Shown piece by piece: positions 1 through 6,203 of a stretch of 12,374 bases of DNA. Source of the stretch: a virus; UHGV virus genome UHGV-0140723; one strand, given 5' to 3'. Every line of letters starts with the position of its first letter. The first letter of the stretch is position 1. The notes below the pieces were generated by a model. It made no database searches, had not been told where the DNA came from, and saw only the letters and a program-made list of their open reading frames with translations. A program made the translations under genes and the position numbers.

Positions 1-236
1 CTTTTTTCGTTGTATTTTGTCAGAATCTCACAAGATAAAACATCATATTTTGTAACCGCTTTGCCTTTGTCGAGGTCAAAGAATCCGAACGCTTTACCGT
101 CTTTGAATCCGACAACTTCGTAAGACTCTTTAATGATTTCACCATTGAACAAATCACTCTCGATACGATGGAATAATGCTACATCCTCTTTGTCGGTTGC
201 AATTTGTAAAAGTGTGGTCAGTTCGACGTGTTCCAT
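1..236 (-). CDS. hypothetical protein, 3' end cut by window edge (78 codons visible, MEHVELTTLLQIATDKEDVALFHRIESDLF...)
   Basis: ATG at 234-236 (minus) preceded by the conserved cassette RBS (sense CCTAAACTGGAGATTCAAAATG). Frame is open to position 3 with no stop; absent from the ORF track because no stop lies in the window. Confidence 0.55.
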   Translation of the reverse strand, partial: MEHVELTTLLQIATDKEDVALFHRIESDLFNGEIIKESYEVVGFKDGKAFGFFDLDKGKAVTKYDVLSCEILTKYNEK

Positions 237-324
237 TTTGAATCTCCAGTTTAGGATTTTATTTAGTGGGGGGAGGTCATCCCCCGTTGATTGACAATTT
301 ACAGATTTTTGATTGTCTCGTCAA
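237..324 (-). promoter_or_regulatory. PeSL-like cassette, family 1 (promoter, 5'UTR hairpin, RBS)
   Basis: Sense strand: -35 TTGACG (319-324), 17-bp spacer, -10 TAAATT (296-301), hairpin GGGGGA/TCCCCC (269-285), then RBS GGAG and ATG. The -35 and -10 lie inside the 3' end and stop codon of CDS 299..829. Confidence 0.6.
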
Positions 325-829
325 TATCTTTTTCAATATCTTTTAAAGTTTTCTCTAAGTTCTTGATATTGAACGTTAAACCTTCACCGAGAGTCTTAGA
401 GTAACCGCTAGGGCGTAAATCATGCAGCTTGATTTCTTCCACATTGGATAAGTTTACCATCTCACCATTTGCAGCATAGGCTATTGATACAGTATTTTTA
501 GGTGCGTTGTAAAACTTGTTTAAGGACTTGATAGAACGTTCATAAGCCATTTTATAGCTATTTAAAAGGTTTTTAACGTGGCTGTGAACGTTTTTACACT
601 CATCTAAATAAAGACCTAAAAACATCGGGAGAAGTTCCGCGACAGCTTGCATAAAGTGAGAGACCACAACGGTTGCAACATTACGACGATGAACGTAATA
701 AGCCCCGTTTTCTGATTTGGTAATGGTTGCAAAGTGTACCCCATTACAACGAAATTCATAGGTATCTTTAACAGGCTTAGACATTACATTATTTGAACGA
801 ATATAGTTGATAGCTTTGAACTTGTTCAT
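299..829 (-). CDS. hypothetical protein (176 aa, MNKFKAINYIRSNN...)
   Basis: ATG at 827-829 sits directly behind the conserved cassette (+ strand cattttagaatctcctagtttaagg). The six-frame ORF 299..922 extends this frame upstream through the regulatory cassette from a TTG codon, which I treat as an artefact. Confidence 0.65.
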   Translation of the reverse strand: MNKFKAINYIRSNNVMSKPVKDTYEFRCNGVHFATITKSENGAYYVHRRNVATVVVSHFMQAVAELLPMFLGLYLDECKNVHSHVKNLLNSYKMAYERSIKSLNKFYNAPKNTVSIAYAANGEMVNLSNVEEIKLHDLRPSGYSKTLGEGLTFNIKNLEKTLKDIEKDIDETIKNL

Positions 830-922
830 TTTAGAATCTCCTAGTTTAAGGACTTTACTTAGTAGGGAGGTTATTGCCTCCCCGTTGATGAGTAATTTAC
901 TTGTTTTGATATCTGATTGCAA
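830..922 (-). promoter_or_regulatory. PeSL-like cassette, family 1
   Basis: Sense strand: -35 TTGCAA (917-922), 17 bp, -10 TAAATT (894-899), hairpin GGGAGG/CCTCCC (865-882), RBS AGGAGA, ATG at 829. Confidence 0.6.
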
Positions 923-990
923 GCAATTTTTTAAGTCTATCTATAAAGAATCTTTTAAGTTAATCCCTTTTAGATAAACCCCCTCGAACA

Positions 991-1019
991 AAGTTACCAA
1001 TGTCAAGAGGGATTGTCAA
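991..1019 (-). promoter_or_regulatory. additional sigma70-like promoter upstream of the 830..922 cassette
   Basis: Sense strand TTGACA (1014-1019), 17 bp, TAACTT (991-996). The segment 923..1051 has no credible ORF. The -35 region tgtcaacatctttttaaa recurs at 2724-2741. Confidence 0.4.
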
Positions 1020-1051
1020 CATCTTTTTAAAAGTTTTTTGTAAGTTATTGA

Positions 1052-1393
1052 TTAACTGATGAATATTTTTTCAGGTTTTACATAGCTGATACGCTGATTT
1101 TTTAGTAGGCTATCCCATAACAAGGCGGCAATGTGCCCATATCCGGCCTCACGCAGCCCCTTCATCGTTTCAACTCGACTCTCAAAACGATTTGCGTAAT
1201 ACTCGCTATTAAGTGTCGTTTTGTTCCCTTCGTTATCTGTATGGATGATTTGCATCACTTGAAAGGGGCTGACATCCTCGCCTTTGTTCCACTGCTCAAA
1301 GTATTTTAGGCACTGCATAGGTGACATCTTATCACTTACTTGAGTTGACCAAGATGAATCTTCTTTATCGGTAATTACAGTTACATAAGCCAT
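1052..1393 (-). CDS. hypothetical protein (113 aa)
   Basis: ATG at 1391-1393 directly behind a family-1 cassette with RBS AGGAGA; ORF from the track. Confidence 0.7.
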   Translation of the reverse strand: MAYVTVITDKEDSSWSTQVSDKMSPMQCLKYFEQWNKGEDVSPFQVMQIIHTDNEGNKTTLNSEYYANRFESRVETMKGLREAGYGHIAALLWDSLLKNQRISYVKPEKIFIS

Positions 1394-1487
1394 TTTAGAA
1401 TCTCCTAGTTTAAGGACTTTATTTAGTGGGGAAGGTCATTCCCTCCCCGTTGATTGACAATTTACAGACTTTTATCAGGCTTGTCTA
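1394..1487 (-). promoter_or_regulatory. PeSL-like cassette, family 1
   Basis: Sense strand: -35 TAGACA (1482-1487, overlapping the TAG stop of CDS 1485..1718), 17 bp, -10 TAAATT (1459-1464), hairpin GGGGAGGG/CCTTCCCC with one G.U wobble (1428-1448), RBS, ATG 1393. Confidence 0.6.
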
Positions 1488-1718
1488 GTCTTTTTCAATG
1501 ATAATTTCATATTGACCATCGACACTGTCAAAATAGACGCCGTCTTCATCTTCTGTCTTAAAGTAGCATTGAATATCATCACTGGCGGGATAGTCTTGTC
1601 TTGCTATCTGGCAAACTTGAATAGCATTTTCTTTACTCCCTGTAAACTCCTCAAGCCCTTTAAAATCACATGAATGACCATTACAAATAGAAAGGATAAG
1701 ATAAACGGTTGTAAGCAT
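1485..1718 (-). CDS. small protein with hydrophobic N-terminus and 4 Cys (77 aa); possibly exported
   Basis: ATG at 1716-1718 with RBS AAGGG about 8 nt upstream. N-terminus MLTTVYLILSICNGHSC is signal-peptide-like. No cassette upstream, only a short hairpin (1737-1751), so probably co-transcribed with 1782..2345. Confidence 0.55.
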   Translation of the reverse strand: MLTTVYLILSICNGHSCDFKGLEEFTGSKENAIQVCQIARQDYPASDDIQCYFKTEDEDGVYFDSVDGQYEIIIEKD

Positions 1719-1781
1719 GATTTAAGCCCTTTAAATGGCCCTGTATGGGCCTTAAGTTGGAAGTTGGTGTCTTTGTACTGA

Positions 1782-2345
1782 TTAACCTAAAAAGTCTTTT
1801 AAATTGCGCTCTGTGATGTTTGCCGTGATTTTATCCAGCAAGTCACAAAACACGGAACTATCACCGCTATTCTGTACAATTTTCGCCATACTTAACAAAT
1901 CATCGTCAACATAGCCTAAATTGCGGTTAGTTGCATCTGGTACAAAGAAAGGTGCATACATCGCACTAAATTTCGTCGAGTGAAGGCCAATAATCCAATT
2001 TTTATCAAAGTGTCCGGTAAAGCTGGCGATATCGCTCATGTTGTCACAAGAATAATCATCCTCTAGCTCTTCCTCTGGGATATCCATCTCAATGACAATT
2101 ACGTCCTGCGTTTCCATTTGGAAAGCTGCCGTAATAAGCCCAGATTCTAAAGCGTTTTGAATGCAGCGTTCACGAATGTAAGAATCTTCCTCATCTTCCA
2201 GACATTCCGTTTTGATAATCTTGTTCATTGGGTAAACGTAGAAACAATCATCCATGTATGAGCAGTTCCAGATTCCTTCCGGCTTGTCGCCACCATTCAG
2301 CAGGTTTACAAAGTTTTTGAGGGTAGTTCCGTGATAGCATTTCAT
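1782..2345 (-). CDS. hypothetical protein (187 aa); possible H-Y-E class ADP-ribosyltransferase-like fold (low-confidence functional call)
   Basis: ATG 2343-2345 behind a family-2 cassette. N-terminal MKCYHGTTLKNFVNLLNGG and downstream GIWNCSYMDDCFYVY resemble, from memory, the YHGT...GG and W-x-x-(F/S)-Y motifs of diphtheria toxin and exotoxin A and the DarT N-terminal motif. No search was run. Confidence 0.45.
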   Translation of the reverse strand: MKCYHGTTLKNFVNLLNGGDKPEGIWNCSYMDDCFYVYPMNKIIKTECLEDEEDSYIRERCIQNALESGLITAAFQMETQDVIVIEMDIPEEELEDDYSCDNMSDIASFTGHFDKNWIIGLHSTKFSAMYAPFFVPDATNRNLGYVDDDLLSMAKIVQNSGDSSVFCDLLDKITANITERNLKDFLG

Positions 2346-2427
2346 TTTTGAATCTCCTAGTTTAAGGATTGAGTGGTAAAGCTCTTTATCTGGGGCTTAA
2401 GTTATCAACTTTTAAGCCCCTTGTAAA
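2346..2427 (-). promoter_or_regulatory. PeSL-like cassette, family 2
   Basis: Sense strand: upstream stop TAA, then -35 CTTTACA (2422-2427), 17-bp spacer containing the 5' arm of hairpin GGGGCTTAA/TTAAGCCCC (2392-2420), -10 TAACTT (2399-2404) preceded by TG, then AGATAAAGAGCTTTACC...CTAAACTAGGAGATTCAAAAATG. Confidence 0.55.
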
Positions 2428-2432
2428 GTACT

Positions 2433-2636
2433 TTATTTGTTATTTTTGACAACTTTTAAAACTGCAAGGTAACCTAAGCAATAAGAATCACCGAAAAGAG
2501 TCCTACCCATGAAAGAATCCTCTTTGATATCCTTTGCAGTGACAGTTTTTTCTACGCCGTGGGAAAGGACTACATCACCAACTTTGATATCTTTGATGTG
2601 TGTTGTTTCAATGGTTAAGCCGTTAATAATAGCCAT
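2433..2636 (-). CDS. hypothetical protein (67 aa)
   Basis: ATG 2634-2636 behind a family-1 cassette; stop TAA at 2433-2435 is the first triplet of the next cassette. Confidence 0.6.
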   Translation of the reverse strand: MAIINGLTIETTHIKDIKVGDVVLSHGVEKTVTAKDIKEDSFMGRTLFGDSYCLGYLAVLKVVKNNK

Positions 2637-2729
2637 TTTAGAATCTCCTAGTTTAAGGACTTTATTTAGTAGGGAGGTTATTGCCTCCCCGTTGATGAGT
2701 AATTTAATCTATCTAAAAATCAGTGTCAA
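2637..2729 (-). promoter_or_regulatory. PeSL-like cassette, family 1
   Basis: Sense strand: -35 TTGACA (2724-2729), 17 bp, -10 TAAATT (2701-2706), hairpin GGGAGG/CCTCCC (2672-2689), RBS, ATG 2636. The -35 directly follows the stop of CDS 2737..3141. Confidence 0.6.
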
Positions 2730-2736
2730 CATCTTT

Positions 2737-3141
2737 TTAAAGTTCTGCGTAGATTGCATCACAGACATCACGGAAATCATGATTTGTTAAGTTACGTTGT
2801 AACCAAGTGGCAAAGAAATCAGCGATTGCAAAATTAGCGTCATACTCGACGGATAGCCACACTTTAACAGCAAATCGGAACATCTTTAAATCAAGCTCTT
2901 TATTCATTACCTTTGATTTGCCTAACATGTCGGCCATCTCATGTTGTGCACCGTCTAGCGTGATACCGGCTGCAACGTCAGCCAATGAGTTTTTTACGCT
3001 TTCAACGTCTAAGATAATACTTTGAATCTTCCCAATAATGTTTTGCAGTGTTTCATCTGGTGCTGATGATGTGATAACATTAATCCGGTTGACGGTCAAA
3101 CGTGCTTTTAAGATAGATAACTCACGATTATTAATAGCCAT
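2737..3141 (-). CDS. hypothetical protein (134 aa)
   Basis: ATG 3139-3141 behind a family-2 cassette (RBS TGGAGA); ORF from the track. Confidence 0.7.
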   Translation of the reverse strand: MAINNRELSILKARLTVNRINVITSSAPDETLQNIIGKIQSIILDVESVKNSLADVAAGITLDGAQHEMADMLGKSKVMNKELDLKMFRFAVKVWLSVEYDANFAIADFFATWLQRNLTNHDFRDVCDAIYAEL

Positions 3142-3221
3142 TTTTGAATCTCCAATTTAGGATTTAGTGGTAAAGCTCTTTATCTGGGGCTTACTTTATC
3201 GAACTATAAGCCCCTTGTAAA
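3142..3221 (-). promoter_or_regulatory. PeSL-like cassette, family 2
   Basis: -35 TTTACA (3216-3221), 17 bp, -10 TAAAGT (3193-3198), hairpin GGGGCTTA/TAAGCCCC (3186-3214) with a 13-nt loop. The central part is identical to the copy at 5239-5267. Confidence 0.55.
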
Positions 3222-3226
3222 GTACT

Positions 3227-3499
3227 TTATGCTAAATGCAGCTTTTTGCCTTTTACTATGATGTAACTTGATGCGCTATTGCCGCATACATCTTGATAAA
3301 TTCTACGCAAACGGCCTTCGTAGTATACTTTCCAGCTAGTTGGAATCTTTTTCCCGTATCCGGTAGCAGTTTTTTGGAATCCTGCAAGTTGCCAATCCAA
3401 AATGTGCTGTTCAGCTTGTAAATCCTCGAAGTGCATTACACCGTTCACATAGTGGCGTAGGGTTACGTTTAAGGTGCGACCGTTGTTAGTAGTGTACAT
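3227..3499 (-). CDS. hypothetical protein (90 aa)
   Basis: ATG 3497-3499 behind a family-1 cassette; stop TAA 3227-3229 abuts the -35 of the next cassette. Confidence 0.65.
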   Translation of the reverse strand: MYTTNNGRTLNVTLRHYVNGVMHFEDLQAEQHILDWQLAGFQKTATGYGKKIPTSWKVYYEGRLRRIYQDVCGNSASSYIIVKGKKLHLA

Positions 3500-3593
3500 T
3501 TTTGAATCTCCTAGTTTAAGGACTTTACTTAGTGGGGAAGGTCATTCCCTCCCCGTTGATTAGTAATTTACTTGTTTTTAAAACTAAAATCAA
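3500..3593 (-). promoter_or_regulatory. PeSL-like cassette, family 1
   Basis: -35 TTGATT (3588-3593, overlapping the TGA stop of CDS 3590..3922), 17 bp, -10 TAAATT (3565-3570), hairpin GGGGAGGG/CCTTCCCC (3534-3554), RBS, ATG 3499. Confidence 0.55.
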
Positions 3594-3922
3594 GAGAAAT
3601 TTTTTCGTTTGTTCAGTTCTTGGACAATTACAGTGTAATAGTCTTTTAAGTCACTGATATTTAAAGCATTTATCAGAGAGTTATAATCATCGACAAGCTG
3701 AAAATTATCTTTGAAAATGTCACTGATTTGATAAGTTTTTGATTGAAATCTGAAGCTCATTTCTAACCGTTTTATTTGTTCATCACTTAAACGCTCCAGA
3801 AAACTCATTACAAGGCTATTATTGACCTGTTGCGTGATTGCCTTACTTGCCAGATTGTAGGCGCTGTACGCCTTATATAGCGCCATAATAGCAATGATTG
3901 CAGTGATACCCATCATTAACAT
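3590..3922 (-). CDS. small membrane protein (110 aa, N-terminal transmembrane helix MLMMGITAIIAIMALY)
   Basis: ATG 3920-3922 overlaps the stop of the upstream gene (ATGTTAA, 7-nt overlap); RBS AGAGGAAG 8 nt upstream. Hydrophobic N-terminus seen directly. Confidence 0.6.
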   Translation of the reverse strand: MLMMGITAIIAIMALYKAYSAYNLASKAITQQVNNSLVMSFLERLSDEQIKRLEMSFRFQSKTYQISDIFKDNFQLVDDYNSLINALNISDLKDYYTVIVQELNKRKNFS

Positions 3923-4212
3923 AGTGCTTCCTCTTTACGTGACACTTTGCCATTTACAGTTATCTCATAAGAATCTAGTAAATCACTTTCAGACTTAACA
4001 GGACTTTTACAAGTATCATCATAAACATTAATTTGCAATACAGGCTTTTTATACTCCCTGCAACTATTCCATAAGCAAATCACTACACGACGGCCTTTTA
4101 TTTTGCCGTGTAACCATTCCATAACCTCATGAGTATTTCTTGAGGTCTCGATAAAATCAATTTTGTTGAGTAACTTGCTTAGATTTTCCCTAACTTTATT
4201 TGATAATTTCAT
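3916..4212 (-). CDS. hypothetical protein (98 aa)
   Basis: ATG 4210-4212 behind a family-2 variant cassette; translationally coupled to 3590..3922. Confidence 0.65.
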   Translation of the reverse strand: MKLSNKVRENLSKLLNKIDFIETSRNTHEVMEWLHGKIKGRRVVICLWNSCREYKKPVLQINVYDDTCKSPVKSESDLLDSYEITVNGKVSRKEEALC

Positions 4213-4292
4213 TTTTGAGTCTCCTAGTTTAAGGTTAGTTAATAAAGCTCTTTATCTGGGGCTATCTTATCAGCTTGATAACCCCGTGTAAA
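4213..4292 (-). promoter_or_regulatory. PeSL-like cassette, family 2 variant
   Basis: -35 CTTTACA (4287-4292), -10 TAAGAT (4264-4269), hairpin sense GGGGTTATC/GATAGCCCC (4258-4285). Inner stem base pairs differ from other family-2 copies by compensatory changes plus one G.U wobble. Confidence 0.55.
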
Positions 4293-4301
4293 GAGGTCTA
4301 T

Positions 4302-4814
4302 TTAGTTCTTAAAGATATTCATCACTGAATCTTTTAATGCTTCCAAGCGTTCTAATACTTCAGATTCTGCGTCTGCGTTGTTCACTTCCTCTTTTAGTCT
4401 GTTATCTAAATCATCGCCGTCACTGTAGCACCAATCGAAAGCATAACCAATATAAAAACTCTCTAAAACCGTGCTACCGTTTGCATCTACAACTTTCGCG
4501 GCGATGTTATATTCTGAAGCCTCTAAATCTCTTTCTAGTTCTTTCTGTAAGCTGATATAAGCCTCTTTTGATGGATTTTCCCGGCCTTGTTTTGCATAGT
4601 CACTCGAAAGCTGTTTCAGGCTGTAATGTAAAGGGATTGCATATTTAAATTCATTACGCTGATAAATAGGATTTTTAACAGTAACACCGCCTTGATGGTT
4701 GTCTGTAAATTCCCAATTATCAAGGTTATGGCTTGCTTCGTAGCAATTAACAGCTTCGTAAATGATGGAAAATTTTTCTTTTACAACTTCAAAGGTAGCG
4801 TCTACAGTTTTCAT
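4302..4814 (-). CDS. hypothetical protein (170 aa, acidic C-terminal half)
   Basis: ATG 4812-4814 behind a family-2 cassette; ORF from the track. Confidence 0.7.
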   Translation of the reverse strand: MKTVDATFEVVKEKFSIIYEAVNCYEASHNLDNWEFTDNHQGGVTVKNPIYQRNEFKYAIPLHYSLKQLSSDYAKQGRENPSKEAYISLQKELERDLEASEYNIAAKVVDANGSTVLESFYIGYAFDWCYSDGDDLDNRLKEEVNNADAESEVLERLEALKDSVMNIFKN

Positions 4815-4894
4815 TTTTGAATCTCCAGTTTAGGATTTAGTGGTAAAGCTCTTTATCTGGGGCTTAAGATATCAGCTTTTAAGCCCCTTGTAAA
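4815..4894 (-). promoter_or_regulatory. PeSL-like cassette, family 2
   Basis: -35 TTTACA (4889-4894), 17 bp, -10 TATCTT (4866-4871), hairpin GGGGCTTAA/TTAAGCCCC (4859-4887). Confidence 0.55.
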
Positions 4895-4902
4895 GTACTT
4901 TA

Positions 4903-5193
4903 TCAGTTAATTTTCAGCTTTGCATAACCTCTCATTGTACGAATGGGAGACGTTAAGGTTACGCGTCTGATATATGCCTTTTTAGTGTATACAGTTGTCT
5001 TCCCGATGGTGTTTACATGCGTGAAAAGGTTTATTGGTGAATTTTTTAAATTCATTTGTTTATCAGCCTTCACACCCCATCTTACAGCAGTTTGTTTTCC
5101 GTTGTCAACCACTTTTCCGCCTAACTTTTTCGCCATGATGCGAGCGTCATCACGAGTTTTTGCAGGAATTACAACGTTTTTGATAATAGCCAT
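4903..5193 (-). CDS. hypothetical basic protein (96 aa, MAIIKNVVIPAKTRDDARIMAKKLGG...)
   Basis: ATG 5191-5193 behind cassette RBS TGGAGAAC. The track ORF 4903..5208 starts at a TTG inside the RBS region and is an artefactual 5-codon extension. Confidence 0.65.
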   Translation of the reverse strand: MAIIKNVVIPAKTRDDARIMAKKLGGKVVDNGKQTAVRWGVKADKQMNLKNSPINLFTHVNTIGKTTVYTKKAYIRRVTLTSPIRTMRGYAKLKIN

Positions 5194-5274
5194 TTTTAAG
5201 TTCTCCAATTTAGGATTTAGTGGTAAAGCTCTTTATCTGGGGCTTACTTTATCGAACTATAAGCCCCTTGTAAA
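5194..5274 (-). promoter_or_regulatory. PeSL-like cassette, family 2
   Basis: -35 TTTACA (5269-5274), hairpin GGGGCTTA/TAAGCCCC (5239-5267), same loop as the 3142..3221 copy. Confidence 0.55.
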
Positions 5275-5282
5275 GTACTTTA

Positions 5283-5663
5283 TCAGTTAATTTTGAAAAT
5301 TGTCACATAGCCGTCACTGCCGATTATTTGAGACACTCCAGCTTTTTCCACTGAATAGCCCATATTTTCAAGATGATAAACAGCATCATCATAACCATAT
5401 GCGCCACCCTGATAACGTCTCTTATCGCATCTTATCAGGTTTTTACCACGTCCTGCAAGTGCATTCAGTACGGCTTTTTCACTTGATAGCGTACCATCTA
5501 ACATGGTTGCCGTGTAATGGTTGATTTTATTCCCGTTAATATCATACTTAAAATTGAATGCGTGAACAACAATCAATTTGCCGTTAAATTTTTCATCAAG
5601 TGACTTCTCCAGTGCGTTGCGGAAGTTGTCTTTGTTGATGAATTTCGGTGCACGATAAGCCAT
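5283..5663 (-). CDS. hypothetical protein (126 aa)
   Basis: ATG 5661-5663 behind a family-2 cassette. Last codons and stop (AAA ATT AAC TGA) are identical to those of CDS 4903..5193. Confidence 0.7.
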   Translation of the reverse strand: MAYRAPKFINKDNFRNALEKSLDEKFNGKLIVVHAFNFKYDINGNKINHYTATMLDGTLSSEKAVLNALAGRGKNLIRCDKRRYQGGAYGYDDAVYHLENMGYSVEKAGVSQIIGSDGYVTIFKIN

Positions 5664-5746
5664 TTTTGAATCTCCTAGTTTAAGGGTTAATTTAGTAAAG
5701 CTCTTTATCTGGGGCTTAAGATATCAGCTTTTAAGCCCCCTGTAAA
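5664..5746 (-). promoter_or_regulatory. PeSL-like cassette, family 2
   Basis: -35 TTTACA(G) (5741-5746), hairpin GGGGCTTAA/TTAAGCCCC (5711-5739), RBS AGGAGA, ATG 5663. Confidence 0.55.
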
Positions 5747-5751
5747 GTACT

Positions 5752-5958
5752 TTATTTGTCGTAGTAGTAAATCGCTGTCTGCCTTGTAAATTTCTTAGTG
5801 TTTCTTGTAAGGTAGCAATTAGAATTAATAGCCGTTTCTACATAGTTGCAATAGTCGGCTTCTGATATTCTGGACCATACGCCACAGATTTTCATGTAAA
5901 AACGTTTTACCTTTGTGTTAACGTTAGTTGTAACCATTAATTCACGATAGTAAGTCAT
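5752..5958 (-). CDS. hypothetical protein (68 aa)
   Basis: ATG 5956-5958 with RBS TGGAGAA; driven by the divergent cassette at 5959..6037. Confidence 0.6.
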   Translation of the reverse strand: MTYYRELMVTTNVNTKVKRFYMKICGVWSRISEADYCNYVETAINSNCYLTRNTKKFTRQTAIYYYDK

Positions 5959-6037
5959 TTTTGGATTCTCCAGTTTAGGAAGTGGGCTGGCTTGCCCGTC
6001 TGATGCAAATATTAAATAACCATAGTCAAAGAGTCAA
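5959..6037 (-). promoter_or_regulatory. divergent promoter + stem-loop + RBS cassette (first module of the array)
   Basis: Sense strand: -35 TTGACT (6032-6037), 17 bp, -10 TAATAT (6009-6014), short hairpin GGGC/GCCC (5984-5997), RBS TGGAGAA, ATG 5958. Same architecture as family 1, different sequence. Confidence 0.55.
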
Positions 6038-6203
6038 TAGGAATTTTAAAAATATTTTTGCAAAAAAAAAAAACTGTAATGAAACGGGTGCGCGCGATTA
6101 CCACAAAACAGAACTATAATCAAGAATTATTTTTCAATCCGCTACAAATTTTTCTGTTGACTTTTATTTTCAGATGTGGTAGCCTTGTGAGAAATGGCGA
6201 CAG

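Noticed and set aside
923-1051. 20-codon minus-strand ORF (MLTIPLDIGNFVRGGLSKRD) in the orphan promoter segment
   Set aside because: Its ATG lies within the -35 region of the predicted promoter, with no RBS, and it is too short to support.
2392-5739. Family-2 GC hairpins as intrinsic terminators for the upstream genes
   Set aside because: On the sense RNA the stems are followed by AGAUAAAGAGC rather than a U-tract, unlike the genuine terminators at 8778-8799 and 10569-10591. They may still pause or attenuate, but I did not call them terminators.
237-6037. Regularly spaced ~90-bp repeats as a CRISPR array
   Set aside because: The repeats are far longer than CRISPR repeats, the spacers are 200-560 bp and contain ORFs with RBSs, and the repeats themselves carry promoter and RBS elements.
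237-6037. Repeats as IS elements or MITE-like mobile elements
   Set aside because: No transposase gene, no terminal inverted repeats and no target-site duplications; copies are all in one orientation, each exactly upstream of a start codon.
6115-6120. Consensus TATAAT on the plus strand as a rightward promoter
   Set aside because: No acceptable -35 element 16-18 bp upstream and no downstream plus-strand gene.
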